A DNA stretch of 64,000 nucleotides. It comes from Gaiellales bacterium (GTDB lineage: Bacteria; Actinomycetota; Thermoleophilia; Gaiellales; JAICJC01). The notes beneath the pieces were generated by a model. That model had not been told where the DNA came from and searched no databases. It saw nothing but the letters and a program-made list of their open reading frames with translations. The DNA is taken from NCBI GenBank assembly GCA_036273515.1, contig DASUHM010000044.1:384-64383 (forward strand). Direction: 5' to 3'. Shown here one piece after another: positions 62,792 to 64,000 of the stretch (positions are counted from its first letter, which is position 1; each line of letters begins with the position of its first letter). A program made the translations under genes and the position numbers.

Positions 62792-63253
62792 TCAGGCCGG
62801 CGGGTCGAACAGGGCCGCCAGCCGCCGCACGTCCTTCGCCCCCAGGCCGCCGAAGAGCAGCTCGCGCACGCAGTCGTGATGCGTCTCCTGCGCCTTTCGC
62901 AGACGTCGCACGCCGCGCGGGGTGAGGGTCACGAGGAAGCTGCGCCGGTCGTTCGCGTCCTGCGTCCGCTCGACCAGGCCGTCGCCGGCCAGCCTGGCCA
63001 CGGCCCGGGTCATGCCGCTCGGGCTGACGAGCACCCGCTCGGCGACGTCGGTCATGCGCATCCGCCGCTCCGGGACCGTGATCAGCGTGATCAGCACGCC
63101 GTAGTGCAGCAGCGGCAGGTCGTGCGTTTCGAGCAGCCGCCGGTTGAGCTCGTCGGTGATCTTGCGGTGGAGACGGAGGAAGCCCCGCCAGGCACGGAAC
63201 TCGTCGTCGGTGAAGGGGGCGGGCTCGGGAGGCTCGGGTCGTGCCGGCGGCAT
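62792..63253 (-). CDS. MarR-family transcriptional regulator
   Basis: 'MRMTDVAERVLVSPSGMTRAVARLAGDGLVERTQDANDRRSFLVTLTPRG'. Start chosen at ATG 63253, which leaves a 73-bp A/T-richer intergenic region. Confidence 0.85.
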   Translation of the reverse strand: MPPARPEPPEPAPFTDDEFRAWRGFLRLHRKITDELNRRLLETHDLPLLHYGVLITLITVPERRMRMTDVAERVLVSPSGMTRAVARLAGDGLVERTQDANDRRSFLVTLTPRGVRRLRKAQETHHDCVRELLFGGLGAKDVRRLAALFDPPA

Positions 63254-63255
63254 CC

Positions 63256-63284
63256 TTGACACAGATCCTTTCAACTGGTAATAC
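63256..63284 (+). promoter_or_regulatory. sigma70-like promoter for the cupin gene (TTGACA-17-TAATAC)
   Basis: TTGACA at 63256-63261 and TAATAC at 63279-63284, in the only A/T-rich stretch of the MarR-cupin divergent region. GGAGG lies before ATG 63327. Confidence 0.5.
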
Positions 63285-63326
63285 CTATTTGCTTTCAGCA
63301 GAAATTATCCTACCCGGAGGCTCCGC

Positions 63327-63797
63327 ATGACTCCCCAGCCGCACAAGGTGCTCGGCCCCGACGACGGCCTCCGGCTCCAGTCCGGTCCCGGGCGCGACCT
63401 GGTGTTCAAGCTCACGGGCGACGAGACCGGCGGCGCGTTCGACTACTTCATCGTCGACGTGGCGCCGCGCGGCGGCCCGCCGCTGCACGTGCACCACCGC
63501 CAGGAGGAGGCGATCCACGTCCTGTCCGGCCGGTTCAAGGTACGGATCGGGGACGAGACGTTCACCTGCGAGCCGGGCGGGTTCGCGTACCTGCCCTCCG
63601 GCGTCCCGCACGCGTTCCTGAACCTGACCGGCGAGCCGGCGCAGATCGTGGTGGTCTACACCCCCGGCGGTGGCCACCGGTTCTACGAGGAGCTCGGGCC
63701 GCTCACGCGCAACGGCGCACCCGACCGGGCGACCGTCGCCGCGTGCTTCGAGCGGCACGAGATGACGCTGCTCGGCCCGCCGCTGTCGCCGGACTGA
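63327..63797 (+). CDS. cupin-domain protein
   Basis: 'PPLHVHHRQEEAIHVLSG...PSGVPHAF' is a two-motif cupin signature. 156 aa. Confidence 0.8.
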   Translation: MTPQPHKVLGPDDGLRLQSGPGRDLVFKLTGDETGGAFDYFIVDVAPRGGPPLHVHHRQEEAIHVLSGRFKVRIGDETFTCEPGGFAYLPSGVPHAFLNLTGEPAQIVVVYTPGGGHRFYEELGPLTRNGAPDRATVAACFERHEMTLLGPPLSPD

Positions 63798-63800
63798 CCC

Positions 63801-64000
63801 GCTAGGCGTAGCTGCGCTCGACGAAGCGCCCGCGGCCGGGCGCCACGTGCAGCTCCCCGTCGGCGACCAGCACCTCGCCGCGGCCGATCGTGACAACCGG
63901 GAAGCCGACGACCTCGACGCCCTCGTACGTTGAGTGGTCGATGTTCGAGTGCAGGTTCGTGTGGGAGAGCGTCACCCGCCGCTCGGGATCGAAGACGACC
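63801..64000 (-). CDS. dihydropyrimidinase / D-hydantoinase, C-terminal fragment (gene continues beyond the window)
   Basis: My own translation of the minus strand reads '...VVFDPERRVTLSHTNLHSNIDHSTYEGVEVVGFPVVTIGRGEVLVADGELHVAPGRGRFVERSYA*'. This is the typical C-terminus of cyclic amidohydrolases. It is absent from the ORF track because no start lies in the window. Confidence 0.7.

Overview
This is a very GC-rich, gene-dense bacterial chromosome segment. Its codon and protein style looks like Actinomycetota, possibly Thermoleophilia or Solirubrobacter-like, but that placement is inference only. I support about 50 protein-coding genes, 6 probable gene remnants, a few promoters, operators and hairpins, and one unusual repeat pair. 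I found no rRNA, tRNA, CRISPR array, transposase, integrase or phage structural gene.

The coding content falls into these groups:
- A 9-gene, translationally coupled operon (23482-35127, minus strand) encodes HyuA, HyuB, a DUF917-like protein, a second hydantoinase-like protein and a peptide-type ABC importer. A divergent PucR-type regulator sits beside it.
- Three secreted phosphoesterases are present, one of them a CBM-FN3-FN3-phosphoesterase fusion.
- Cell-wall genes include an L,D-transpeptidase, a signal-less PG-binding/CHAP amidase and an SSI-like+PASTA lipoprotein.
- Signalling genes include an adenylate cyclase, an HD-GYP protein, a MASE1-PAS histidine kinase, an orphan NarL-type response regulator and a SigG-like sigma factor.
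- Regulator/efflux pairs are TetR-MFS and tandem-MarR-MMPL.
- Also present are fdhA, xthA and several cupins.

The most unusual signal is an AAA+ ATPase gene (1365-2561). It is bracketed on both sides by the same 44-bp array, TGTACC-N8-GGTACA-N4-TGTACC-N8-GGTACA, in mutually inverted orientation.

Other candidates for follow-up:
- An anti-sigma-kinase-like/GNAT fusion lies downstream of the MMPL gene.
- A small protein is translationally coupled to an HtrA-like protease.
- An extremely His-rich membrane protein follows a response regulator whose kinase has decayed.
- A small CxxC ORF lies next to fdhA.
- Gene decay is notable: three histidine-kinase remnants plus dioxygenase, beta-lactamase-family and GST remnants.

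All calls rest on reading the ORF translations and the DNA by eye, using motif recognition. I ran no homology search, GC calculation or structure prediction. Many long ORFs in the track are antisense or off-frame shadows typical of high-GC DNA, and I rejected them.
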